Shown in pieces: positions 63,261 through 64,000 of a stretch of DNA of 64,000 nucleotides. Source of the DNA: Octopus sinensis (lineage: Eukaryota); assembly GCF_006345805.1 (NCBI RefSeq), contig NC_043017.1, forward strand, positions 12,772,001 through 12,836,000, read 5' to 3'. Positions within the stretch are counted from its first letter, which is position 1. Each line of letters opens with the position of its first letter. Position numbers and translations under genes: made by a program. A model generated the notes under the pieces. The model ran no database searches and was not told where the DNA came from. It was given only the letters and a program-made list of their open reading frames with translations.

Positions 63261-64000
63261 ATGTAAGCATGTGTGTATAAATAACCTGATTTTAAATAGA
63301 GAGAAGGAAGAAGAAAGAAAACAACGACCACACACGACTATATAAATATATATGTGTATATCATTATATATATATATATAAAGATATATGCTCTAAATTT
63401 TATATCATTTTATGTGTACAAAATGAGATCCACAATCATGGACACCTTAGACACAACTCTAGCATATACATCCGTTTATACGTTTATAGGAGTACCATTC
63501 ATTTCCACAGAGAGAAAGTGAGAGAGAGAGAGACAGAGGGAAGGAGAGAGACAGACAGAGGCAGAGGCAGACTGATAGACAAACTGTTGGCAGATAAAGA
63601 GATGTCTGTTATATTGCTAAGATTTAACTGATGGAAGCAGTTTCTTTCGTTTAGCCACCAGCAGAATGCCAGCCATTCCTGTAGAATAAGAAGAGGAAGC
63701 ACCATTTCAGCTATATTACAACTTCTCTTTCACTGTAAGATGGATTCAGGTGCTGGGTGGTGGTGACGGAAGTGGTGGTGCGGGTAGAAATGGTAAAGAG
63801 TCTTGCTGCTATTAGAGTTGATGTCCCATTACATTCTGAGTTCGAATCCCGAACGGAGACCACATTGTCTTTCTATACATCTATGGGTTTGATAAAATAA
63901 TTAACACAGGACTGGACCTTGCTTCCTAACCACATGCTTCCAGGTTCAGTACCACAGCGTTGTACCTCAGGCGAGTGTTCTACTACAGCTTCATGCCTAC

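Overview
AT-rich, repeat-dense animal genomic DNA. The SINE/LINE/microsatellite repertoire looks like an octopus (coleoid cephalopod) genome; this is an inference, not a database result. Two convergent protein-coding genes were reconstructed by hand from splice sites. (1) The last three coding exons of ODAD2/ARMC4, the outer dynein arm docking armadillo-repeat protein (+ strand: 4214-4402, 8382-8603, 11450-11560). (2) A complete 7-exon, 232-aa CD63-like tetraspanin (- strand: 50902-50840, 27288-27100, 21504-21430, 19844-19749, 18881-18756, 17390-17307, 16198-16133) with CCG/PDSCC motifs, a C-terminal YECV sorting motif, all phase-0 introns and a 23.5-kb first intron. The rest is introns and intergenic DNA containing several tRNA-derived SINE families, RTE/CR1/R4/Penelope remnants, mariner and piggyBac-type MITEs, Helitron-like elements, a decayed 5S rRNA copy, microsatellites and many local tandem or inverted duplications, including a ~33x63-bp and a 7x~130-bp array both derived from RTE LINE sequence. 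No prokaryote-type system (CRISPR, operon) is present. The most unusual signals are a minimal hammerhead ribozyme in a small TA-flanked element, SINE dimers sharing one junction at independent loci, head/tail-shuffled SINEs, templated insertions (one copies the tetraspanin's putative TSS region), and near-perfect intronic inverted repeats that could be ADAR substrates. Exon coordinates are exact by my count; repeat boundaries are approximate.
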